Below are positions 20,986 to 32,984 of a DNA stretch of 64,000 nucleotides, in pieces; positions within the stretch are counted from its first letter, which is position 1, and each line of letters opens with the position of its first letter. The stretch is from positions 19,531 through 83,530 of the forward strand of contig CANRCV010000001.1 of assembly GCA_947629205.1 (NCBI GenBank). Direction: 5' to 3'. Made by a program: the position numbers and the translations under genes. The notes beneath the pieces were generated by a model. It was not told where the DNA came from. It searched no databases and saw only the letters and a program-made list of their open reading frames with translations. This stretch comes from an uncultured Bacilli bacterium. Lineage in GTDB: Bacteria > Bacillota_I > Bacilli_A > RF39 > UBA660.

Positions 20986-21690
20986 CTACCTTCTAAATAT
21001 ATTCTTATAACTAGTATAATCTTGAATGAACAATGGAAAAAGAACTTTTAAATCATTATGAGCGTTCTTTACACATTTAATTAAAACTATATTAGCATTA
21101 TTATTCCCTTTTGTGTATATAAATTGCACTTTTTTAGCAACAATTTGATACTTTTCACATAAAGCAAGTATTTCTTCTAAACGTTCTGGAAGATGAACCA
21201 TATAAAAAGTTCCATTTTCTTTTAAAGCATATTTTACAATTTCAAAAATTGATTTTAAATCCAAAGCAATTTCATGACGTGCTACTGCCTTTTGTTTATT
21301 CTCATTAACTAATGAACTTTTTTGATACTTAAAATAAGGAGGATTTGCAACTATTACATCAAAATTATTTCCCGGGAAATAATTTTTTATCTCCTTTATA
21401 TCGTTGGGAAATAATTTTATTTGTTTTTCTTTATGGTTTAATGTAATGCTTTCTTGTGCCAGTTTTGCAATTGGTTTTTGAATTTCAAAAGCAACTATAT
21501 CATTTGAATAATAATAGGAAAGAATTAAAGGGACGACTGCATTTCCTGTACACAAATCTAGTACTTTATCTTCCTTTTTTAATTCAACAAATTCAGCCAG
21601 TAAAATAGAATCCAAAGAAAATTTAAAAGCTTCACTATCTTGAACAATTTTTAAAGGAACATAATCATATAAATCATTGATAACTTTCAT
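20986..21690 (-). CDS. SAM-dependent methyltransferase, YabB/TrmN6-like (tRNA adenine-N6 methyltransferase family)
   Basis: Motifs ...VLDLCTGNAVVPL... and ...VIVANPPYF... Position matches Bacillus yabB. Confidence 0.6.
   Translation of the reverse strand: MKVINDLYDYVPLKIVQDSEAFKFSLDSILLAEFVELKKEDKVLDLCTGNAVVPLILSYYYSNDIVAFEIQKPIAKLAQESITLNHKEKQIKLFPNDIKEIKNYFPGNNFDVIVANPPYFKYQKSSLVNENKQKAVARHEIALDLKSIFEIVKYALKENGTFYMVHLPERLEEILALCEKYQIVAKKVQFIYTKGNNNANIVLIKCVKNAHNDLKVLFPLFIQDYTSYKNIFRR
21361..21386. promoter_or_regulatory. candidate Noc-binding site: 26-bp perfect palindrome AAAATTATTTCCCGGGAAATAATTTT containing the 14-bp NBS consensus ATTTCCCGGGAAAT
   Basis: Read directly from the sequence at 21367-21380. 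It lies inside the methyltransferase coding sequence. Confidence 0.55.
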
Positions 21691-22465
21691 TATTCAAATT
21701 CACTTCTTTAATTTCGTTTCCACAATCTAATTTAATTTTACGATTTAAAACGTCTACAGAAACTACTTTTCCTTGATCACTATCAATTGTTACTGTATCT
21801 CCAAGGCTTGGTAAGCCTTTTAATGCCTCCAAATAGGCTTGATCTTCATAAGCAAGACAACAAAGTAATCTTCCACATGCTCCATTTATTTTAGATGGAT
21901 TTAAAGCTAAATTTTGATTTTTGGCCATATTCATAGATACAGACTCTAAAGAATTTAAGAAACTAGCACAACATAATTCTCTTCCACATTGTCCAATTCC
22001 TCCAACACTACAAGCTTTATCCCTTGCTCCTATTTGTCTTAATTCGATTCGAGTACGATATATAGCTGCTAATTTTCTTGTTAATTCTCTAAAATCAATT
22101 CTTTCATCTGCTGTAAAATTAAAGAGTAATTGCTTACGATCAAAAGTAAAGTTTGCAGATAGAAAATGCATTTCTAATCCAAGATCATCTGCTATATTTT
22201 GAGCTTTTTTTAAAGCTTGCTCTGCTGTTTTTAAATTATCTAAATATTGTTTATAATCTTCTTTAGTTGTAACTCTTAAAATATCTTTAATATTTTCACT
22301 TACATTTTTTAAATCCTTTTTTTCAATTTTATCAACGACTTTTCCATATTGAAGACCTTTTTCCGTTTCAACAATTACACATACATTATGATTTAATTTT
22401 AAATCATGAGCATTAAAATAATAAACTTTCCCTTTGTCATTAAACTTTACACCATATATATTCAT
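21674..22465 (-). CDS. ricT: RicT/YaaT (PSP1 C-terminal domain) protein
   Basis: Cys-rich PSP1 motifs (...GQCGRELCCASFL...GACGRLLCCLAYE...). Start trimmed to ATG 22465 (RBS GGAGGA). Confidence 0.8.
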   Translation of the reverse strand: MNIYGVKFNDKGKVYYFNAHDLKLNHNVCVIVETEKGLQYGKVVDKIEKKDLKNVSENIKDILRVTTKEDYKQYLDNLKTAEQALKKAQNIADDLGLEMHFLSANFTFDRKQLLFNFTADERIDFRELTRKLAAIYRTRIELRQIGARDKACSVGGIGQCGRELCCASFLNSLESVSMNMAKNQNLALNPSKINGACGRLLCCLAYEDQAYLEALKGLPSLGDTVTIDSDQGKVVSVDVLNRKIKLDCGNEIKEVNLNNESYQ

Positions 22466-22466
22466 C

Positions 22467-23300
22467 TTAATCCTCCAAACTAAGCACAAAATAATCTAAA
22501 ATCAAGTTTTGATTTACATTATAATTTAATCTTTCAATAATGGTATTGACAAGTTGTATTCTTTTTAAGACATCTTCTTGATGTAAACCTTTTAAAGCCT
22601 TTAATTTAGGGGAAATTTCTTCTCCATTTAAGACTTTTACATATAAATCTAACATTATTTTAAAAAATTGAATTATTTCGTCTTTCTCTAATTTTTCTTC
22701 TAAGACACTTTTATTATAAACGATGCTTAATTTTTTTTCTACCTCTATTTGGTATAAATAATCTATAACTAAATTCTGTAATTGCTCATTCGTAATACTA
22801 TCTTTTTCATTTTGATAATAAGATTTAACAATTTCACAACGGCTTTTAATCGTTTCAATAACATTTTCTTTATTATTTGTAAGTAAAAAACCGATAAGGT
22901 GAGATTCTGGTTCTTCAATAAATTTTAAAATTGTATTAGCAGAAGAAGCATTAAACTTTTCAGCATCATTAATAATATAAGTATTATAATTTGATAAATA
23001 AGGAATGGTAGCAAAATCTCTTTTCAAAGTATCCATTTGTCCTTTTTTTATTTCTTGTTCTTCTGGAATTATAATTTTTAAAGATGGTAAGGTATTTGTA
23101 TCAATTAAATGGCATAAATTACATTCTGTACAAGATTCGTTATACGTTTGTGGACAATTGATGATTTTTACAAGTTCTAAAATATCTTGTAAACATGCTT
23201 TTTTATCATTTGTTTCCACTAAAAAAATATGAGATAGTTTATTCTCATGAAATTTTTTTACTAATCCTTGAATATTTTCATTTTTAATCAATACTACCAC
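22467..23300 (-). CDS. holB: DNA polymerase III delta-prime subunit (HolB)
   Basis: AAA+ clamp-loader-like ...SHIFLVE... Cys-cluster ...CPQ..ESCTEC.LCH... and ...SRCE sensor. Position between dnaX/recR and ricT. Confidence 0.65.
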   Translation of the reverse strand: MVVLIKNENIQGLVKKFHENKLSHIFLVETNDKKACLQDILELVKIINCPQTYNESCTECNLCHLIDTNTLPSLKIIIPEEQEIKKGQMDTLKRDFATIPYLSNYNTYIINDAEKFNASSANTILKFIEEPESHLIGFLLTNNKENVIETIKSRCEIVKSYYQNEKDSITNEQLQNLVIDYLYQIEVEKKLSIVYNKSVLEEKLEKDEIIQFFKIMLDLYVKVLNGEEISPKLKALKGLHQEDVLKRIQLVNTIIERLNYNVNQNLILDYFVLSLED

Positions 23301-23308
23301 CTACTTTT

Positions 23309-23506
23309 TTATCTGGTCATAAAAAACATTGCTACTAAACTAATCATACCAGGAACACCTAAAACACTAACTGTACCTACTGTAAAAAAATTTATCGGTA
23401 TTAAAACGTTTAATGAATTGGTAAATAAATTTAAACCATACAATAATAAAAATGCAAAAATAACTCTTTTAACAACCCATACCATTTTTTTAATCACTAT
23501 TATCAC
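23309..23506 (-). CDS. bofA: BofA-like pro-sigma-K processing inhibitor (small membrane protein)
   Basis: ...LNVLIPINFFTVGTVSVLGVPGMISLV... parallels B. subtilis BofA ...LGIHVPINLVTTAISGILGIPGIAALV... It lies downstream of recR, as in Bacillus. Confidence 0.6.
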   Translation of the reverse strand: MIIVIKKMVWVVKRVIFAFLLLYGLNLFTNSLNVLIPINFFTVGTVSVLGVPGMISLVAMFFMTR

Positions 23507-23542
23507 CTAATAAAGTATATGGGACAACCTTAAAATTTAGTA

Positions 23543-24157
23543 TTAAGAAATTTGTTTTCGATCATCTAAGGCTTTATCTAATGTAATGGTATCCATATAA
23601 TCTATATCAGCACCCATTGGAATACCATAAGATAGTCTTGAAATAATAACCTCTTTATTTTCTAATATCTTTTTAATAAATAATGTAGTGGTTTCTCCTT
23701 CAATAGTTGATTTTAAAGCTAAAATAAGTTCAGGATGTTCCAATTTTTCTACACGATCAAGCAAACTTGATAAATTAATATCCTCATAACCAATACCTTC
23801 AGTTGGAGAAATAAGTCCCCCTAAAACATGGTATACTCCTTTAAAATTTCCTATTTTTTCAAAAGTAAATACGCTTTTAGAATCTTCTAAAACACATATG
23901 ATGTTTTTATTACGATCATCATCACTACAAATAGGACAAATGTCTTTATCGGTAATATGACCACAAATCTTACAAGGTTTTAAATTATTTTTTGCTTCTA
24001 ATAAATTTGTACTTGCATCTTCTATTTGTTCAATAGGTAAATCTAAAGTTGCTAAAGCCATTCTTTCCGCACTTTTTTCACCAATGCCCGGTAATTTCTT
24101 ATAAAATTCTATTAAATTTTCTAAACTCTTTGGATAAATCATTTTAGAAAAGGCCAC
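23543..24157 (-). CDS. recR: recombination protein RecR
   Basis: HhH motif, C4 zinc finger (CKICGHITDKDICPIC) and Toprim. Confidence 0.9.
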   Translation of the reverse strand: MAFSKMIYPKSLENLIEFYKKLPGIGEKSAERMALATLDLPIEQIEDASTNLLEAKNNLKPCKICGHITDKDICPICSDDDRNKNIICVLEDSKSVFTFEKIGNFKGVYHVLGGLISPTEGIGYEDINLSSLLDRVEKLEHPELILALKSTIEGETTTLFIKKILENKEVIISRLSYGIPMGADIDYMDTITLDKALDDRKQIS

Positions 24158-24437
24158 CTAAACCTGCACCTAGAGATCCCATTTTATTTTCTATTTCTTT
24201 ATCAATTTGATTTGTAGCATCTTTACATGCTAAGACAATCATATCTTCTAAAATATCTAAGTCTTCTAGTTCCAGTTCCTCTTTAATTTTAATAGAAACC
24301 ATTTCTTTTTTTCCATTAAAAACTACCTCTACAAGTTCAGATTTTCCCGTAAATAAAGTATTATCTATTTCTTCCTTCTTTTTTTGCATATCCCTTTGCA
24401 TTTTTTGAGCTTGTGCCATTAAATTTTGCATATTCAT
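24144..24437 (-). CDS. ybaB: YbaB/EbfC nucleoid-associated protein
   Basis: 97 aa between dnaX and recR. C-terminal ...GLGGLF. Confidence 0.85.
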   Translation of the reverse strand: MNMQNLMAQAQKMQRDMQKKKEEIDNTLFTGKSELVEVVFNGKKEMVSIKIKEELELEDLDILEDMIVLACKDATNQIDKEIENKMGSLGAGLGGLF

Positions 24438-24458
24438 TTTTCTATTCCTTCTTTCTTT

Positions 24459-26108
24459 CTATTGTATTTCTATTTTATTCTTTTCAAAAATAGTAAAGAC
24501 ATCTTCTATTGTTTCATTAGACCCTTCTTTTTCAATTTGTTTAGAATAAATAGGTTCTTCCATAATTTGATAAACATATTTTTCTTTTAATTTTTTAATA
24601 TATTCTTTTTTTAATTTTTCCCACTCTTCTGTAGTACATGCAATAAACTTTATAGGATGTTGTATACTATTTTCATATTCTTGTTCTATCTCTTCTAAAT
24701 TTTGATTAAACATCTCCACTATGCTTTCTTGCGTATTTGTAACTATATTAATCTCATTAGAAGCAAGAACAACTATGGAATCCATAATCATTGGTTTCAA
24801 TTGGTGAGTACCGTTAATTTTTTCATTAAATTGATCCCATGATTTTTTATTTTGAATTAATTGCGTCTTGTCCGCTTTGGCAAAACAATTATTTATTCGT
24901 ACCTTTTTTAATTTATCTATATATTGTTTATAATCTTGATTTTCTTGTCTATCTAATTTGTCAGGTTGTTCTATTTCTTCTTGCGGTATTGATTCTTCTA
25001 TTATAGGTTCTTTTATAATCTCTTCAGTTGATTTTGATACCTCAATATTTTCTTGAATAGGTATTTTATTTATTGCATCAGTATTTTCACTAGTACCTTT
25101 AATTAAGATTAAAAAAATAAGTAAAAAAGGATCAACATTAATATTTATTTTATTAATTACGTCATTTAATTCAAAAATAGTATCTTTTATTTTTAAATAT
25201 TTTGCTTCTTGATTATTGTTTTTAGTTTCAATAGCTTTTAAAAACAATACATCAATTAATTTTTTTAAAAATACTTTATAATCAATACTTGTTTTTTCAA
25301 TTTTATCAAATATATCTTTTATTTCTTTAAATTGATTATTTAAATACGCATCTACTATGTTTTTTATTTGAATCATCGAAATTGATCCATAATTATTTAA
25401 AACGGTATCTAAATCTATTTTTTTATTACTTGTGTATAATTGATTTAAAATACTTAAAGCATCACGACAACCACCCTCTGCTAAATAAGCTATCTCTTCT
25501 ATGGCATCATCACTAATATCTATTTTTTCAAGTTCTGCTATTTTTTTTAAGTGTGTTATTAATTCTTCATTACTTAACTTTTTAAAATCATAGCGTTGGC
25601 AACGAGAAAGTATTGTAATGGGCACCTTTTCAATATTAGTTGTTGCTAAAATAAATACAATATGACTAGGTGGTTCTTCTAATGTTAAAAGTAAAGCATT
25701 AAATGCAGAATTTGATAATTCATGTACCTCATCTATAATATATATTTTATATTTACTATAAGACGGGGCAATTTTTACATTATTTATTAATTCTCTTATA
25801 CTATCTATGCCATTGTTAGATGCTGCATCAATTTCTATAATATCAGCATTATTATTACTGTTAATACAGCTATTACACTTTCCACATGGAATACCATCTT
25901 TTGGATTTTCACAATTAATTGTTTTAGCAAAGATTTTTGCTGTACTTGTTTTTCCAGTTCCTCTTGGCCCTGTGAAAATATAAGCATGAGAAATTTTATC
26001 GTTTTTTACTGCATTTTTAAGCATTTCGATAGAATATTTTTGACCAACGATTTCATCAAAAGTTGTTGGTCGATATTTTCTATATAAGACTTTATAATCG
26101 TTTGGCAT
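24459..26108 (-). CDS. dnaX: DNA polymerase III gamma/tau subunit
   Basis: YRKYRP..F.E..GQ, Walker A GPRGTGKTS, Zn module CxxC, SRC motif. Confidence 0.9.
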   Translation of the reverse strand: MPNDYKVLYRKYRPTTFDEIVGQKYSIEMLKNAVKNDKISHAYIFTGPRGTGKTSTAKIFAKTINCENPKDGIPCGKCNSCINSNNNADIIEIDAASNNGIDSIRELINNVKIAPSYSKYKIYIIDEVHELSNSAFNALLLTLEEPPSHIVFILATTNIEKVPITILSRCQRYDFKKLSNEELITHLKKIAELEKIDISDDAIEEIAYLAEGGCRDALSILNQLYTSNKKIDLDTVLNNYGSISMIQIKNIVDAYLNNQFKEIKDIFDKIEKTSIDYKVFLKKLIDVLFLKAIETKNNNQEAKYLKIKDTIFELNDVINKININVDPFLLIFLILIKGTSENTDAINKIPIQENIEVSKSTEEIIKEPIIEESIPQEEIEQPDKLDRQENQDYKQYIDKLKKVRINNCFAKADKTQLIQNKKSWDQFNEKINGTHQLKPMIMDSIVVLASNEINIVTNTQESIVEMFNQNLEEIEQEYENSIQHPIKFIACTTEEWEKLKKEYIKKLKEKYVYQIMEEPIYSKQIEKEGSNETIEDVFTIFEKNKIEIQ

Positions 26109-26153
26109 TTCTATCCCCTCACAAGTTTCATTATACCATAAAAAAACAATTAT

Positions 26154-26570
26154 TTACCTCTTATTTTGAAAAAAAGTAGATAATAATTGTTGATAAGTTT
26201 CTATATCACTTTCTGTTCCTATTTTTTCTAAATTTGTTTTTTCAAAATCATGTTTATAATCCAATTTATCAAGAAGATAATAAACATTTTGAATTCGACT
26301 TTGTTTAATAATTTCCATACACATATTGCATGGTTTTAATGTTACATATAAAGTACAATCAGCTAAGTTCCATCGATTTAACTTTTTTGATGCTTTCTTT
26401 ATGGTCAAAATTTCTGCATGTCCCATTATATCTTTCTTTTTTTCTTTTTGATTAAAACTTTTAGCAATTATTTTGTTGTTATAAACAAGAATTGCAGATA
26501 CTGGAATTTCTCCTTTTTTATAAGCCTTTTTTGCTAACTGAATTAATTGTTTTAAAATTTGTTCATTCAT
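26154..26570 (-). CDS. tadA: tRNA-specific adenosine deaminase
   Basis: CDA-fold zinc motifs HAE...PCxxC. Confidence 0.8.
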   Translation of the reverse strand: MNEQILKQLIQLAKKAYKKGEIPVSAILVYNNKIIAKSFNQKEKKKDIMGHAEILTIKKASKKLNRWNLADCTLYVTLKPCNMCMEIIKQSRIQNVYYLLDKLDYKHDFEKTNLEKIGTESDIETYQQLLSTFFQNKR

Positions 26571-26585
26571 ACTTCCACCTTAAAT

Positions 26586-26672
26586 TTAAAAAAGTGCACA
26601 CGAATAGAGATTGATGTGGCTGCTATTTTCCAATCCTGACCAGATTACAATATATTCGTTGCACAAATAGAT
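26586..26672 (-). ncRNA. ffs: small (4.5S-type) SRP RNA
   Basis: The minus strand reads ...GUGCAACGAAUAUAUUGUAAUCUGGUCAGGAUUGGAAAAUAGCAGCCACAUCAAUCUCUAUUCGUGUGCAC followed by UUUUUU. It has the conserved domain IV elements GGUCAGG...GGAA...AGCAGCC and a closing helix GUGCA/UGCAC plus CGAAUA/UAUUCG. The location next to tadA/dnaX matches Bacillus scr. Confidence 0.65.
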
Positions 26673-26700
26673 AATAACAAAAATAATTTTAAAATACAAT

Positions 26701-26716
26701 AGTTTCACGTGAAACA
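26701..26716. promoter_or_regulatory. parS site AGTTTCACGTGAAACA (15/16 match to the consensus TGTTNCACGTGAAACA)
   Basis: Read from the sequence. Palindromic and intergenic, between gyrA and the SRP RNA. Confidence 0.75.
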
Positions 26717-26739
26717 TTACATTTTTATACAAAGAAAAA

Positions 26740-26755
26740 TGTTCCACGTGGAACA
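26740..26755. promoter_or_regulatory. parS site TGTTCCACGTGGAACA (15/16 match; perfectly symmetric variant)
   Basis: Read from the sequence. It overlaps the gyrA stop region and may double as the gyrA terminator hairpin (a U-rich tract follows on the minus strand). Confidence 0.75.
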
Positions 26756-29299
26756 TTAATTTTCTTCTGGAGTATTTTCTATTTCTTCGACAGGTTCTTC
26801 CGTTTCTATTTTAGCATCATTATTATCAACACTAAGTGTAGAAACTGCTAGTTCTTCATTGCTTTCTTCATTTGTTTCTGCAATTTCTGGTGTTTTTTCC
26901 ACTAAACTAATATTAGAAACTTCTTGTCCATCTTTTAAGTTAATAACTCTTACTCCTTGTGTTACGCGACCTAAAGTATTAATTTGTTCAAGAGGTACAC
27001 GAATAACCATACCAGTATTAGTAATAATAATTAAATCACTATTTTCTTCAACTAATCTAAAGGCAGCCATTGGACCATTCTTTTCTGTAATATTTAAAGC
27101 CTTAACACCTTTGCTTCCTCTTCTTGTTTGACGATAATCACGAACTATAGATTGTTTTCCATAACCTTTCTTTGTAACAATAATTAAACTATCGTCTTCA
27201 TTTGCAATTTCTGCACCAATACATTCTCCACCATCTAGGTTAATTCCTCGAACACCACTAGCTGTTCTACCCATAATACGGATTTCATTTTCATCAAATT
27301 TAACCATACGACCATTATTAGAGCCAAGTAAAATCATATCACTACCCGTTGTTTTCTTAACAGAAATTAATTCATCCGTAGGTTTTAAACTAATTGAAAT
27401 TTTACCATTGGTACGAATGTTTTCAAATTCACTAATATTCGTTCTTTTTACAATACCGTGTTTAGTAGCAAATAATAAATATTTAGCAACATCATCACGT
27501 TTAATACTTAAAATAGAGTTAATCTTTTCTTCTTTTTCTATTTGCAATAAGTTAATAATTGGTAATCCCTTTGATTGTCTACCAAATTCAGGTATTTCAT
27601 AGCCTTTTAATCGATAAACTTTACCTTTATTTGTGAAGAATAGAACATAATCGTGTGTGCATAAGTTTACTAAATGTTCAACAAAATCTTCTTCATTCGT
27701 ATTCATACCTTTAATCCCTACTCCACCACGATTTTGTAATTTAAATGTAGCAGACGTTGTTCTTTTGATATAACCATTGTGTGTAAGTGCTATAATGATA
27801 TCTTCTTCAGGAATTAAAGATTCATCTTCAATATATTCAATAGCAGACATATCAATATTTGTTCTTCGCTCATCAGCATATTTATTCTTAATTTCAAGTA
27901 ATTCTTCTCTAATAATTGCAAGAATCTTTTCTTCACTTGCTAAAATACTGTGGTATTCTTCAATCGCTTTTAATAATTCTGCAAGTTCTGCTTCAATTTT
28001 TTCTCTTTCTAAGCCAGTTAAACGACGTAATCTCATATCCAAAATAGCTTGAGCTTGTATTTCATCCAAATTAAATTTAGACATTAATTGTTCTTTAGCA
28101 ATTACATCCGTTTCACTTTCACGAATCGTTTTAATAACAGCATCTAAATTATCTAAAGCAATTTTTAAACCTTCTAAAATATGGACTCTTTCTTCTGCTT
28201 TTGCTAAATCAAATTGAGTTCTTCGAATAATAATTTCTTTTTGGTAATCAATATATTTAGAAATAATATCCTTAAGTCCTAATACCTTTGGTGCTCCTTG
28301 ATCAATCATTAATAAATTTATACCATAACTTGTTTGTAATTGTGTATATTTGTATAAATTATTTAAAATGACATTCGCATTAGCATCTCTTTTTAAATAA
28401 ATAACAACACGAACTGGATTTTCTAAGTTAGATTCTTCGTGTAATTCACTAATTCCATCAATGATTTTATCACGAACAAGTTCTCCAATACGAGTTTGGA
28501 ATTCTGCTTTATTAACTTGATAAGGAAGTTCTGTAACCACAATTCTTGTTTTACCATTTATCTCTTCAATATCGGCTTTACCACGAATAGTAATAGTTCC
28601 TCTACCCGTTTCATAAGCCTTTTTTATACCACTATTACCTAAAATAGAAGCACCAGTTGGAAAATCGGGTCCTTTAACATATTGCATTAATCCATCGGTA
28701 TCAATATCCGGATTATCGATATATGCAACACAACCATCAATTACTTCTCCTAAATTATGTGGTGGAATATTGGTTGCCATACCAACTGCAATCCCCATTG
28801 TTCCATTTACTAAGATATTTGGAAAACGACTTGGTAATATTTTAGGTTCAGATTCTGTTTCATCAAAGTTTGGTACAAAATCAACTGTATTTTTATTTAA
28901 ATCCCTTACCATTTCAAGAGATAACTTAGATAAACGGGCTTCGGTGTAACGCATTGCTGCTGCACCATCACCATCCATATTACCAAAGTTTCCGTGGCCA
29001 TCAACTAAAACATGACGAAAACTAAATGGTTGAGCCATTCTTACCATTGCTTCATAAATAGAAGAATCTCCGTGTGGATGATATTTACCCATAACATCCC
29101 CGACAATTCTTGCACTTTTACGGTGTGGTTTGTCAGGAGTATATCCAGATTCATACATAGAATATAAAATACGACGATGTACAGGTTTTAAACCATCTCT
29201 TAAATCTGGTAATGCACGAGCAACAATAACACTCATGGCATAACGACCAAAGGAATCTTTAACTTCTTCAACTATGTTATTTTCAATTATTTTATCCAT
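26756..29299 (-). CDS. gyrA: DNA gyrase subunit A
   Basis: ...[27 protein letters not shown]... Active-site Tyr region and C-terminal beta-pinwheel repeats. Acidic tail. Confidence 0.95.
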   Translation of the reverse strand: MDKIIENNIVEEVKDSFGRYAMSVIVARALPDLRDGLKPVHRRILYSMYESGYTPDKPHRKSARIVGDVMGKYHPHGDSSIYEAMVRMAQPFSFRHVLVDGHGNFGNMDGDGAAAMRYTEARLSKLSLEMVRDLNKNTVDFVPNFDETESEPKILPSRFPNILVNGTMGIAVGMATNIPPHNLGEVIDGCVAYIDNPDIDTDGLMQYVKGPDFPTGASILGNSGIKKAYETGRGTITIRGKADIEEINGKTRIVVTELPYQVNKAEFQTRIGELVRDKIIDGISELHEESNLENPVRVVIYLKRDANANVILNNLYKYTQLQTSYGINLLMIDQGAPKVLGLKDIISKYIDYQKEIIIRRTQFDLAKAEERVHILEGLKIALDNLDAVIKTIRESETDVIAKEQLMSKFNLDEIQAQAILDMRLRRLTGLEREKIEAELAELLKAIEEYHSILASEEKILAIIREELLEIKNKYADERRTNIDMSAIEYIEDESLIPEEDIIIALTHNGYIKRTTSATFKLQNRGGVGIKGMNTNEEDFVEHLVNLCTHDYVLFFTNKGKVYRLKGYEIPEFGRQSKGLPIINLLQIEKEEKINSILSIKRDDVAKYLLFATKHGIVKRTNISEFENIRTNGKISISLKPTDELISVKKTTGSDMILLGSNNGRMVKFDENEIRIMGRTASGVRGINLDGGECIGAEIANEDDSLIIVTKKGYGKQSIVRDYRQTRRGSKGVKALNITEKNGPMAAFRLVEENSDLIIITNTGMVIRVPLEQINTLGRVTQGVRVINLKDGQEVSNISLVEKTPEIAETNEESNEELAVSTLSVDNNDAKIETEEPVEEIENTPEEN

Positions 29300-29311
29300 A
29301 CCTTACACCTC

Positions 29312-32328
<3,017 letters not shown>

Positions 32329-32438
32329 ATTTTGTCTTCTTTCACGCCTATAACAAAAATAATAGGTATTTATGTACTCCTATACCTATTAAAATTATAT
32401 CATAAAAAAAGCCTTTTTTAAACATTTTTTACATTTTT

Positions 32439-32897
32439 TTAAGAAATCTTCTCCCCTATTTTTCTTTCTCTTAAAATTGTTTCTAAACGAGCAGATTTTA
32501 ATATTTGATTGTTAATAACCTCATAGGAAGAATCAAGTCCTATTTTAAAACCATTTTTAAATTCTATATATAAAAGTCCATTATGATAATACATGGATTT
32601 AATTTTATTATAACGAAGCCATGAACAATTTTTTAATCTTGGACTTTTTGTAGGAAAAAAGATTAAATTACTACTCTCTTCTACTATAATTGGTGCTTTA
32701 TAAGAAGAACCTATCAACTTTCCTGTTCCTTTTTGTCTTCCTTCTAAAGAACTACCAAAATAAATACAACTTTCTTCCATGATTTCATTTGTTGGTTGAT
32801 TTACTAAAAATACTTTATCTTCTTCATATACCCTCGTTTTATCATTAATAGCATAAAGTGCTACCGTTTTTTCATTTACCTCATATTTTTTTTCCAT
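32439..32897 (-). CDS. ComK-family transcription factor-like protein (152 aa)
   Basis: Collinear matches to B. subtilis ComK: YEVNEKTVAL matches YEVNGATIAV; SCIYFGSSLEGRQKGT matches SCRFFGSSYAGRKAGT; KAPIIVEESSNLIFFPTKSPRLKNCSW matches KPPIMVDPSNQIFLFPTLSSTRPQCGW; NNQILKSARLETI matches ENQVYRTAWLRTK. Confidence 0.7.
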   Translation of the reverse strand: MEKKYEVNEKTVALYAINDKTRVYEEDKVFLVNQPTNEIMEESCIYFGSSLEGRQKGTGKLIGSSYKAPIIVEESSNLIFFPTKSPRLKNCSWLRYNKIKSMYYHNGLLYIEFKNGFKIGLDSSYEVINNQILKSARLETILRERKIGEKIS

Positions 32898-32984
32898 CTC
32901 TTAACCCTCCCTTGATAAATTGTTTTCTACAATAACAAGAAAAAAGAGAAAAATTTGTCAAAATATGGAAAAAACTTACATTTT

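Noticed and set aside
23268-23510. Plus-strand 80-aa ORF overlapping bofA
   Set aside because: The minus-strand ORF has a clear BofA-like motif match and a conserved position after recR. The plus-strand ORF is antisense and hydrophobic only by composition.
26701-26755. Reading the CACGTG palindromes only as tandem terminators or as binding sites for an unknown regulator
   Set aside because: They match the parS consensus at 15 of 16 positions each, and ParB is encoded here. parS is the more parsimonious call, although the hairpin nearest gyrA may also terminate transcription.
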